A DNA stretch of 64,000 nucleotides, taken from assembly GCF_001194135.2 (NCBI RefSeq), contig NC_068983.1:30731253-30795252 (forward strand). Reading direction: 5' to 3'. The translations under genes and the position numbers were made by a program. The notes under the pieces are model-generated. The model did no database searches. It saw only the letters and a program-made list of their open reading frames with translations, and had not been told where the DNA came from. The stretch is from Octopus bimaculoides (Eukaryota). Below, piece after piece: positions 53,027 to 64,000 of the stretch (the first letter of the stretch is position 1; every line of letters begins with the position of its first letter).

Positions 53027-54219
53027 GTCTACTAACATCTGTGAGATTGGCGCGCAGCTGGCAAGCCTGTCAACCCCCACCCCTGAGAAGAGGGGATTTT
53101 TGCTAGTAGATGAAGGGTTAGGTATGTAACAAGGACATGAGGCAGAGAAGGTTATGGCTGTAGAGGGGTTACATGGTCACTCACATTTAGAAGAGAGTTA
53201 GAAATGAATGGTTAATAGCTGCAAAGAGACACATAGTGGTGATAAGCTGTCCAGGTGGCACCTCAAGGCATGAGGTAAGTAGAAGTGAATGGGGACAGAG
53301 AAACTAGGAGGTGGTGGGAGTTTGTAAGAATGTATGGAGAGAAACAGACAGGGAAAATGGGAGGCAGGAAACCCCTGAAAGAATTGGATAGGGTTGAAGA
53401 GTGGAGGCAGTGGGGAGAGGGATTGCCATTTATGTCTTGATTGGAAGATAATAATAATTTCTGTTATAGGCACAAGGCCTAAATTTAAAAAAATTTTTTG
53501 TCAGGTGGTGGTGGCAATCAATCACATCAGCTCCAACTGTTACTTTTTTTTTATCAAACCCAAAAGGATGTCAATCAACTTTGGTGGCATTTGAACTCAA
53601 ATATAAAGAGCTGGAAGAAATACCACTAACCATTTTGCCTGGTGCAATAACGATTCTGCCAACTTGCCACCTTATGATGTCTTATAATGATAGCATCATT
53701 CCCAGTATAACACCAACAGTGGGCGTTGTTTATGGTAGCTCTACTTTACTTATAAAATACAAGATGTGGACAAGGTTTGACTAAAACAGGCTGATAAATT
53801 TATCAGTTTGCCTAACCCTCAACAAAAATGTTTGTAATGGAACTCGAAACCCCATATTTCTCTAGTGTGTGTGTGTGTGTGAGAGAGAGGGGAGTCTTCA
53901 TGAAGATAAGAAATACTTGTGGAATTGAATAAAAATATAAATGAAAGAGTAAACATGGGTTTTATGTTACTTCCAATACAAACAAGTCCAAGAGAAATTT
54001 GTTGAGATGTTGGTTGGAGCAATTTAGGAATTATAAATTGTTGACAGAAGCAACTATAATAAATGATATTTAGCATATAAGTGTGTCTATCTATCTATCT
54101 ACCTATCTATCTATCTATCTCTCTATATATACACACACACACACATATATATACATATCCATATACATATATATATATGTATACATATGTATACACATGC
54201 ACACACACACACACACATG

Positions 54220-54252
<33 letters not shown>

Positions 54253-54661
54253 GAGATAGCTCTGTATACCTTCATACAGAAACATACATAAATGTAGACA
54301 GATGAATGTTATACTGCAAAAGCAAATTAAATCAAGAGCAAATCTGTTACTTCAAACATGCTAAAACATACACGAGCTAGACTTAATCTAAATTCTGTAG
54401 AAAAAAAAAAGAAAAAAAAATGGAATAAAAAAAATAGAGATTTTAAAAAATGAGGAAATTCATGTAATGTGAAATGGTAAACAAGTAGAATGCTGTTGAA
54501 ATGAGAAGAATGAGAGTTTAAAATATGAGATAAACTTAACAAGATGAGATGTGAAGAGAGCAAAGAAAGCAATATTCAGTTGCCAACAGAAACTAGATTA
54601 ATTGGAAAAGTACTTAGTTCTACCACTAAAAAACTATGGTTTTGGTAACTTGTGCATTAGC

Positions 54662-54703
<42 letters not shown>

Positions 54704-55132
54704 TTTCTATTTTTAGAACAGCATTTCAAAAGTTGAGGGTTTGGATCTTCATATTTTCATAGGATTTCTATGGTTTACAACAAGAAGGAAAATCTTATTG
54801 GTAAATTTATTGAAAAGTAAAAATCAAACTGAGATGAAGGAGAATAAAAGAACAAGGAATCTGGGTAAAATTATGGTCAAGGACACAAGACATAACTAAA
54901 GGGTTAGGGTTAGGTACTATGAATACTTTCCTCCTCTAATGTTTTTTTGAATATATGAACTACTGACAATACACACACACACATGTTCTTCACTTCACAA
55001 TCAAATGGTTCCTCAATTAATCCCAGTGTGAGACAGCTTAGGTAAGTATTGACCCAGTAAGCATGGAAAACTGGATAATTAAATGACGATGAATTCTCTC
55101 ATCATTACTTCAGCAAGTTTTGTGAAGCTTGT

Positions 55133-55176
55133 ACTTCCCTGATGAGATCATAATATGACTGAAACATGCTTGAAGT
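55133..55176 (+). ncRNA. Degenerate hammerhead-like motif
   Basis: acttc-c-CTGATGA-ga tcat aat atga ct-GAAAC-atgct-t-gaagt: both core boxes intact, stem I acttc/gaagt, cleavage triplet imperfect. Confidence 0.45.
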
Positions 55177-55269
55177 TGTCTTCCATTTGTGTTGAACACT
55201 TTTCATATCATAACATGTGGGGTTTTATTCACACTAGGCACCAAACTGTGTTTGCATTGGACTCAACTC

Positions 55270-55520
55270 AGTTTTCATGTCTGTCTTCATCTGTGGCCAT
55301 AAATGTCGGATAATGACCAAAAGCGTACAATCATGAAAACAAATGACTGAAATGGAGTTATTTTGAAGAATCTCTTGGGTAACATTACAAGGTGAATAGT
55401 TCAGAGATCAGTGAGTTTCTCCATATTGAAAGGCTGTAGTTCTGGTACTATGGACATGAGATTAGAATGTCAGAGGAAAGAATCACAAAACGGATTCTTC
55501 AAGGTGAGCCAATTGAGTAA
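55270..55520 (+). mobile_element. Decayed RTE-LINE fragment, distinct lineage
   Basis: VFICGHKCRIMTKSVQS*KQMTEMELF*RISWVTL…WYYGHEIRMSEERITKRILQGEP. Confidence 0.75.
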
Positions 55521-56823
55521 AATATAATAGGTACTCATCATCACCATCATCCCCATCATTGTTTAATGTCTGTTTTCCATGTTGGCATGGGATGGACAGC
55601 TTGACAGGAGCTGGCAAGGTCAGGGGCTGCACCAAGCTCTATAGTCTGTTTTTAGTTTGGTTTCTACTGATGGATGCTTTTCCTAATGCCAACCACTTTA
55701 CAGAATGTACTGGATGCTTTTTACATAACATCATCACTAGTACTTTTTACATGGCACTGACACTTTTTACATGGAACCTTGGCTTTAGAATATCAGTTTT
55801 TTGTGGTGAGCAGTGTTGAAATAAGTAAAATAGCATCAGTCATTAACTTTGTTAAATGATAACTCTTTCTCTCTATTGAATTAAACGATAGCCATTTCAT
55901 CAATCTTCTTTACACACATATTTTTCTGACATTTCCATGTCACTACTTACTAAAGGTATATTTTCCTCACAAACAATGAGAGCATGGCAATGTTGTTAAG
56001 AAAATTGCTTTTCAACCACATGGTTTTGATTCAATCCCACTGCATGGCACCTTGGGCATGTGTATTTTATTGTAGCCTCAGGATAGCCAAACCCTTACCT
56101 CAGCAGAATCTAACTTAAATTAGCTGATGGCACATAGCTAAAACACTCACAAAACTACTCAAAAATGAAGCCTCTGTGTAGTAACTTGATTTGTTGGAAA
56201 TACCAACTAAATCTCTCCCAAATCAGACTCTATTATCTTTTTAAGAATTTGTATAGTTTGGAGAATACACCAAATAGCTTTATGTAGTTCTTGATACAGA
56301 ATGTCTGATAAACCAGATGGTCATGGCTTGAACAACTCTGTCACAAGTCTGCTAGAATGCCTTTGATTGTAGATCAGGGCTGAACTTCTGACATTCCATG
56401 AAAGTTGCAAATGAGTTTCACTGTCATACAAGCAGTGTCATTCATTTCCAATATTCTGCAAAAATGTGTTTGACCATTGGGAAATATTCCTTGCTTAGAA
56501 ACAGGTGAAGGTTGGTGATAAGAAAGCTATTCAGTCATAGAAAACCTGTCTCAATAAACTCTGTTTGACCCATGCAAGCATAGAAGAGTGGACATTTGAA
56601 GGATGATGATAAGATTTTTTTAAAAAATTGTCTCATAATAACTCACCAAAAATATGATAGCAAGACAAATGAAGTCAGGGTTGACTTAAGGTTAAACAAC
56701 AAGAATATTATCTCAACAGCAATCCATAGAACAGTATTAGGCAACCTGCAACCTACAGGACTTTCTGAATGGCACATCTAACAAAAAGTTACATTGAATT
56801 TTTTTTTTTTTTTTTTTGTGCAG

Positions 56824-56927
56824 CCCATCTGATGATGAGCAATGTCTCATGTAGCTTACTTCTTGAAAAAGGGTTTCCCATGACTGCCATAGACTGTACT
56901 TCTTGTACTTCCTCTTCTGGCATGAAG
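56824..56927 (+). CDS. Candidate exon (phase 1-0), HLMMSNVSCSLLLEKGFPMTAIDCTSCTSSSGHE; product unknown
   Basis: Poly-T-gtgcag acceptor, GAA|gtaagc donor, only one frame open. Confidence 0.3.
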
Positions 56928-57899
56928 TAAGCTGAAATTACTACAGCTATGCTCAGATGCTGATTCTCTACAAAGCTAAGATCTACTCACATTAAAATCT
57001 TGCTCACATATTTGGAGTGATGTCATAAGATTTTGGACCAAATAACTTAGTCAGTCACATTATTTGTTGATAATGAATAAATTAGAAAATAGATTACTTA
57101 AAAATAAAAGTAAAAAGTAACAAATAAGAAAAAAAGTAAACAGAAAAAGAAATTCCATTAACGAACATTTTTATTTTGATGGAAATGTTTGTAAAACTGT
57201 CATTTTGTCAAGTTTAAGCTATACTGTCCCTCACCATTATTGGAAAGTAAGACATATTGTTCTGGGTTTCTTTTACAAATCAGTTTATATGAATTGACAG
57301 ATATAAAAACAAAAATATAAAAATTAAAGAACTGCATGATTCCAGATTATAGAATTGGTCACACACACACATAGAGCAATCATTCACACCAGTATGTGTA
57401 TGTGCACATATATTCAAACACATACATACACATGTGTTCATTCAAGTGTACATGACTATGTATCTGCATGCATCTGTACAAACATATACATCTGCATACA
57501 CATGCTACTATGCATAAATGCACATGTATAAACAAACACACATGATGCAAATATGTATGCACACATTCAGCCACATGCACACACACACCTATATTGCAGA
57601 TATATAAGCAAGCATGCAATCACATGCAGACACACATTACATACTCACACATCACACATACAGCTTACATATTTACATTACACATATATACAAACATACA
57701 AACATTTACACACAGACTTCAAGAAATTCAACAATATGTCTGAAGAAGTTGATTATTTTGGAAACGCATTTTATTTGTGTCAAATTGTATTGGATAGGAT
57801 GTCTTGAGTTAATGATTCTCCTCCCCTTACTTTCTCTCACTATCTCTCTCAATCTCTCCTTTTTGTTTGTGTCTCCATCTCCCTTACTCTCTTCTCTCA

Positions 57900-57954
<55 letters not shown>

Positions 57955-58187
57955 NNNNNNNNNNNNNNNNNNNNNNNNNNNNNNNNNNNNNNNNNNNNNN
58001 NNNNNNNNNNNNNNNNNNNNNNNNNNNNNNNNNNNNNNNNNNNNNNNNTGTCTGTCTCTGATAGTTTTATTTTTCAGTGAAAAACCAATTTTTTAATGAA
58101 ACAAATCACCAGTTTTGATTAGACCTAAAAAATTATTTCAAATTATCAGAAATGTAATTAAAAGAAATTAACAAATATTGTTTTTTG

Positions 58188-58252
<65 letters not shown>

Positions 58253-58777
58253 CATCATCATCATTATTATTTTCTATTCTAGGCACAAGGCCTTGAAAAT
58301 TTTTTGGGGAAAGGAGAATAGTCGATTACATCGACCTCAGTGCATAACTGGTACTTATCTCATCGACCCCAAAAAGATGAAAGGCAAAGTTGTCTTCAGA
58401 GGAATTTGAACACCGAACGTAGCAGCAGATGAAATACTGCTAAGCATTTCACCTGACATGCTAACAATTCTGCCATCATGCCACCTTGATGATGATGATA
58501 ATAATAATAATAATATATATACACACAAAGGCATAGAAGGTTGATTGTTAAGGCTGGTCAGAGTGACCGTTGCTTTTGCTAAGCTGTATAGGCAACTTGT
58601 CAGACTCAAATGGCTGGAGGCACATAACTTCTCTATGCTTTATAGGTGTGAATCCAATGGTCACTTTCTGTCTAGCCATAACAATCAACCTTCTACTATG
58701 AATACTATGAATGTTTTTTCGAATATATGAACTACTGACAATACACACACACACTCACACACACATATATATATACG

Positions 58778-58900
58778 AAAAAAACAACAACAGACGAGGA
58801 CAGGTGGTGTAAACAACAAATGGATGTATTAGTTTAACGCTCGGGAATAGAGAAAGTCTTTGACGTTTAGAGCTACGCTCTTCAACAGAGAGAAATAAGG
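58778..58900 (-). mobile_element. Penelope-like terminal repeat fragment with hammerhead-like motif (58857-58893)
   Basis: Minus strand tctct-CTGTTGA-a-GAGC gta GCTC-TAAAC-GTC-aaaga; homologous to 9120-9305. Confidence 0.6.
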
Positions 58901-58924
58901 AGAAAAATATTTAAATGTCGTGGT

Positions 58925-59290
58925 CAGCGAGGCATGGCTGTGTGGTAAGAAATTTGCTTCTCAGCCACATGGTTCTTGGTTCAGTCACACAATGTTGCAC
59001 CTTGGACAAGTGGCTTCAACTGTAGCACCAGGCCAACCAAAGACTTGTAAGTGGATTGATAGAATCTCATTGTGTGTGTGTGTGTATGATCTATATGTAT
59101 ACGTGTTTGTGTTTGACCACTACTACTGCTTAACAACTGGTATTAACTTGTTTATGTACTTGTAACTTAGTGGTTCAACAAAAGAGCGTCATAAAATAAG
59201 TACCAGGTTTGAGAAAGAGGGGAAAATGTACTGGAATCGATTTGTGCAACTAAACCTTTTAAGGTGGTGCCTCAGCATGGCTGCAGTATA
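58925..59290 (+). mobile_element. SINE family B, diverged
   Basis: Head and tail modules recognisable. Confidence 0.7.
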
Positions 59291-60624
59291 ATGTATCATC
59301 TAGTTGGTTTAGTGCATCACACCAGCTCTGCTTTTAAGACTATATTATTTCAACAATACTTTTTCACAAGACTGCTGTGGAAGTATAGTGTTGATCTCAA
59401 TAGATTACTGATGCTAATTTTATTGAGGAAATGAGTGAAAAATGAAGCTGATGTTAATAATATTGGAATTCAGAAAAAGTATGAAGTAAAGCATTTATAG
59501 AAATAATTTTAGTCACCTCGTAGTTTAGCTCCAAAATAGAGCTAATCAAGCAGAGCTTTGATCAAAAGTGTTTCAGCAGAGATCATTCTGTCTGTCTTTG
59601 TCATGAATGATTTTGTTCAAAGTAAACTGTAGGATGTGCTTTCAGGAAGATTTGGCTGCTATTTCTAGTAAACTGAGCCAATGAACAAATGGTTAGAACT
59701 CAGTTATGAACATGAACTGTTTGAATAAATAATCTTTATTGTAGAATGCACTTTGTTGAATTAACCTTTCTCTCAGCTATGAAGTAAGACTGTCACTTAC
59801 TGTCTGCTAGATTCACACATTCGAACAAAGTAACCCATCAGTCGCAAGGCAATTGTAATTGAATGGTAAGAATTCAACAACTCTTGAGTTAACATTTCAG
59901 CACAGCACAGCAGTCACAACTGATACTGCCATAAATATCAGCTGAAAATTATTTCAATTAGAATTTCGCTTGAAAAGAAATGGAAATTTAGTTTTTCGAG
60001 CAGAGAGAAATCAATAATTAAAATGAATCAGACCCAATTGTATATGCAAGTGGACATTATTATCAACTGAGTTCAAAGTATGGAAAAACATTTTTCTAAT
60101 GTGAAATCTAAATGTTCTGAATTTAATAAATTATTATTCTTTTTGTGTATATTTTTTTTTAGTTAGTATTTTTTATTTTTCCTTTTACATAACTCAGCAA
60201 ATAATAGCTGAGACATAAAAATGAATTATTTTTGGAGTAGGAGAGCAACAATGACATGGCTGCCTTAACTGAAGTTAAAATATGCAAATTATATCAGATA
60301 AATAAAGTAACCAATTATCTGATGTGGCCTAATGATGGTCAGTAATAAGCAACACACCATGCCAATGTTGCTATATGCCATGCCTTTGTGATTCAGTGAA
60401 GACAAAACAGAAACAAAAAAAGAAAAACCAAAACCAACAAAACATGAAATCATTACTGTGTAATTAATAATCATTGATTAAATAATTTTTATCAAATGAA
60501 TGTAGACAAATATAACATTGCTGCTTGAGTATAGTTTATCAAAATAAAGTGTTCATGTAGGGAAATAAGTTGAACTTTAAATAACTGGCTAATTTAAGGC
60601 GCATAATGATTGATTCCTCTCTCT

Positions 60625-60664
<40 letters not shown>

Positions 60665-61154
60665 TTTGTTTGCTTAATGTTTGGTTTTCCATGCAAGCAA
60701 CGGTACAGATGGAGAGTTGAGGCAGAATTCTATGTCTGGATGCTCTTCCTGTCACCAACTCTCATCTACTTTTCAAGTCAAAAAAAAAAAAAAAAAAAGC
60801 CTTCAGAAATATTCAGAACAGCAAGTCACAATGTCAACCTGGAATGTCATCACCACCACTTTGCTTAGGCAATGACAATTGTGAAATATAAATAAGCACA
60901 TGCAATCGCACACACACACACGCACACACACACCCACCCATGCATATAAACATGTGCAGACATGGCTGTGTGACTGAGCAGTTTGCTTCCAGCCACATGG
61001 TTGTTTGGAGTTCAGTCCCACTGCATTGCATCTTGGGCAAGTGTCTTCTATAGGCCCAGAGTAACCAAAGCCTTGTGAGTGGATTTGGTTGATGGGAACT
61101 AAAAGAAGCTCATCACGTGTGTGTGGGTGTCTGTGTGTGTTTGTATCTCCTTGT

Positions 61155-61382
61155 ACTGATGTCACATGATGGTTATGAGCAAGTGTCACTGTCATATAAG
61201 TGGTGTCATTCATTACCAGTCCTCTTTGAAAATATGTTTGGCCAAGAAGAAATATTATCTTACTTGGAAACAGGTGAGAGTTGGTGACAGGAAGGGCATC
61301 CAGCTAGAGAAAATCTGATTCAACAAATTCCATCTGAGCTCATGCAAGCATGGAAAAGTGGATGTTTAGACGGTGATGATGA
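61155..61382 (+). mobile_element. RTE-tailed element family F
   Basis: ggaagggcatccagct…catgcaagcatggaaaagtggatgttt…gatgat. Confidence 0.7.
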
Positions 61383-61604
61383 GCAAACTTCTTGCTGCTT
61401 CTGTCAACCAAATTCTCTCATATGACATTGGTCGGCCTGGAACTATGGTAGAAGACATCCAAGGTGCTGTACAGAGAGACTGAACCCAAGACCACATGGT
61501 TGGGAAGAAAACTGTTTGACCACACAATCATACATGAGCTCGCACACATACACACACGTACATGCACACACACACATACTTCCTGTAACCATGAAATCTT
61601 TATG

Positions 61605-63184
61605 TCATCTTTATGTGGTATAAATCATGGCATTTTGTAGAGTGAGAAATAAAAAAAAGTATGAATATATTGGTTCATGTGAATACTCATTCCTCTTTTG
61701 TGCTTGTGCATGTGTGTGTGTGTGTGTGCGTGTGTGAATCATATACACATATGTGCTTGCATATGTGTGTGTATGTGCATGACCATATGTATGTACATAC
61801 ACACACAGAGATAAATTTTCTCTTGGATAAGATGCTGTTCTAAGACAAACATCAATGCTTTTGTTCAAAAAGTGTTAATATGAAGACACAAAAACAACAC
61901 ACACAAACATATAAACAAATACACACAATATAAACAAATACATACACAAAACATATAAACGCTTACATACAATGGGCTACTACACAGTTTCATTAACCAC
62001 ATTTCACTCGCAAGGTATGAATTAGTCCGAGGCTCTTGTAAAGAGCAATTTGTCCAAGGTGCCATGCAGTGGGACAGAACCCAAAACCGCATGACTGTGA
62101 AGCAAACTTCCTAACTATACAACCATACCTGTGTCTATTCCATGCCACCACCTGTGGTCATTCCTGTACCTACAACCATGATTGCACCTCTCGTTATACA
62201 TAATTCTTTCTAATTTTGGCCACAAGGTTAGAAATTTTAGAGAAAGGGAGTTAGTCAATAACATCAACCCAAGTGTACATCTGGTACTTATTTTATCAAC
62301 CTCAAACGGATGAAAGGCAAAGTCAAACTCAGTAGGATTTGAACTCAGAATGTAAAAAGCCAGAAGAAGTGTCACAAAGTGTTGTGTCTAATGTGCTAAT
62401 CGTTCTGCTAGTCTGCCGCCCTGTTTCAAATTTTGGCACAAAGCCAGCAATTTGAGTGGAGGTGTAAATCAATTACATCAACCCCCAGTACTTGATTGGT
62501 ACTCTGTTTTACTAACCCCAAAAGAATTATCTGAATGGATTTGAATTCAGAATATAAAGAGATGGAAAAATGTTGCATGGTAATTTTTTAGATGATCTAA
62601 TAATTCTGTCAGTTTGCTGCCTCAGGTTATATATGATAATTATAATTATTTTAAAAATTCTAAACAATTATTTCCAAACCTGTATTTTGTTTCCATAAAG
62701 TGGTTAGCATCTCTATTTTGTTTCCATAAAGTGGTTTATCCTATAGTGCTATGCTCACATTGACAATATATTAGTAATATTTTGTCTAATTATAAGGATG
62801 GGATGAATTGGTGCTTAATTTTATGGAAAGAATATTTGGAAAAAAAAAGTTTATACACAATATATAATTAATTCAAACAACATTATTCATGGTATAAATG
62901 AATACATTATGGAGATTAGGTAGATTTTAAGCACAGATAATTATAATATTCATCTTTATGTGGTATAAATCATGGCATTTTGTAGAGTGAGAAATAAAAA
63001 AAAGTATGAATATATTGGTTCATGTGAATACTCATTCCTCTTTTGTGCTTGTGCATGTGTGTGTGTGTGTGAATCATATACACATATGTGCTTGCATATG
63101 TGTGTGTATGTGCATGACCATATGTATGTACATACACACACAGAGATAAATTTTCTCTTGGATAAGATGCTGTTCTAAGACAAA
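61605..63184 (+). repeat. Dispersed direct duplication (61605-61849 and 62950-63184)
   Basis: Identical by eye except for 10 nt in the (TG)n tract. Confidence 0.92.
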
Positions 63185-63459
63185 ATATTATTTCCAGATA
63201 ATCTGTTATATATTCTTGAGAATTAAGTGAACTGAGATAATGCAGAATAAAGTGCTTTGTATGGAAATTCAACAAAGCATCTCTAGCAGATTTGAACCTA
63301 TGACTTACAGAAAGGCAGTTTGTAACCTTCTTTGTAATGATTCATTCTTCATCAACATGATATAAAGCAGCAGTACCTAACATTTTATTTGCACTATGGA
63401 CCAATTTCATACAAAACAATTTTTCTACAAACTGGTGAATCATATATAGGTGCTGAAAT

Positions 63460-63680
63460 CATGAGGGGCTGCTGAAAAGTCCCTGCCTTTAAGGGTACAG
63501 CAAAAGGTCTGGTTGAAAGCCCAACCTTCCAAGCTCTTTTACAGGGCTTAGAAAAACTGAAGAACTGATGCAATAAGTATGTGAATCTGAGTGGGGAATA
63601 TGTTGAATAAAATCATAATTAACTCATCCTCCTGTATTTTAATTACCTGAAGCCAGGAACAAAGTCAGCACCCCATTGTA
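63460..63680 (+). mobile_element. Non-autonomous mariner derivative
   Basis: Imperfect TIR gaggggctgctgaaaagtccctg / ccaggaacaaagtcagcacccc; internal GLEKLKN*CNKYVNLSGEYVE* resembles a mariner transposase C-terminus. Confidence 0.75.
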
Positions 63681-63789
63681 CATAACAACACAAAAGTGTA
63701 TAATATTTAATTTAGTTATTACACATATAATACATATATATTACAAATGTAATGCAAAAACACCTTGAAAACAATTTGAGTATGCTATG

Positions 63790-63916
63790 AGGTTTCCAGA
63801 CGTGAGTTCTACTCATGTGTCAAGTTTCATCAAAATCGATAAAACGATGTAGGAGGAGTCAGTTAACAACTCCACAAACACAGCCACAGACAGAATTTCC
63901 TACATATGTAGTAGAT
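63790..63916 (+). mobile_element. Possible Helitron/Helentron-like non-autonomous 3' fragment
   Basis: caagtttcatcaaaatcg…acagccacagacagaattt…tagtagat resembles HINE/Lep1-type ends (recalled). Confidence 0.35.
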
Positions 63917-64000
63917 GTATGTATACATACATTTATCTATGTATGTATATATACATTTATGTCTGAGTGTCTCTGTGTCTGTGCTTGTACCCCCACCATC

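Larger units (their letters stand above)
3874..58048. other. Assembly gaps (13 N runs)
   Basis: Approximately 3874-83, 5054-5470, 11494-668, 14391-593, 21082-93, 30927-80, 40283-96, 40746-41117, 42168-550, 43706-33, 44358-594, 49304-13, 57955-58048; most abut microsatellites. Confidence 0.95.

Overview
AT-rich, microsatellite-dense eukaryotic DNA from a gapped draft assembly (13 N runs). It is not prokaryotic: no operons, rRNA or CRISPR. The repeat content (tRNA-headed SINEs, RTE LINE tails ending in (GAT)n, abundant (CA)n/(TA)n/(ATT)n) resembles an octopus genome; this is inference. Nearly all ORF-track entries are microsatellite, N-gap or repeat artefacts. The only recognisable protein homologies are decayed transposon pieces: RTE-clade LINE reverse transcriptase (4771-5710, 13345-13720, 46210-47040, 55270-55520), two Penelope-like GIY-YIG fragments (10615-10910 minus, 25463-26130 plus) and a mariner C-terminal remnant. 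At least six SINE-like families and piggyBac-, hAT- and mariner-type MITEs fill much of the rest. No host gene could be identified; a few splice-bounded open segments are listed as low-confidence candidate exons. The most interesting signals are: a Penelope-like ORF followed by a tRNA-like Pol III head and a hammerhead-like fold; several other minimal hammerhead-like cassettes; a 154-nt GC-rich foldback; a hairpin-of-hairpins; self-nesting and module-swapping SINEs; and a 56-bp duplication bracketing a possible 3' transduction. Boundaries of decayed repeats are approximate.
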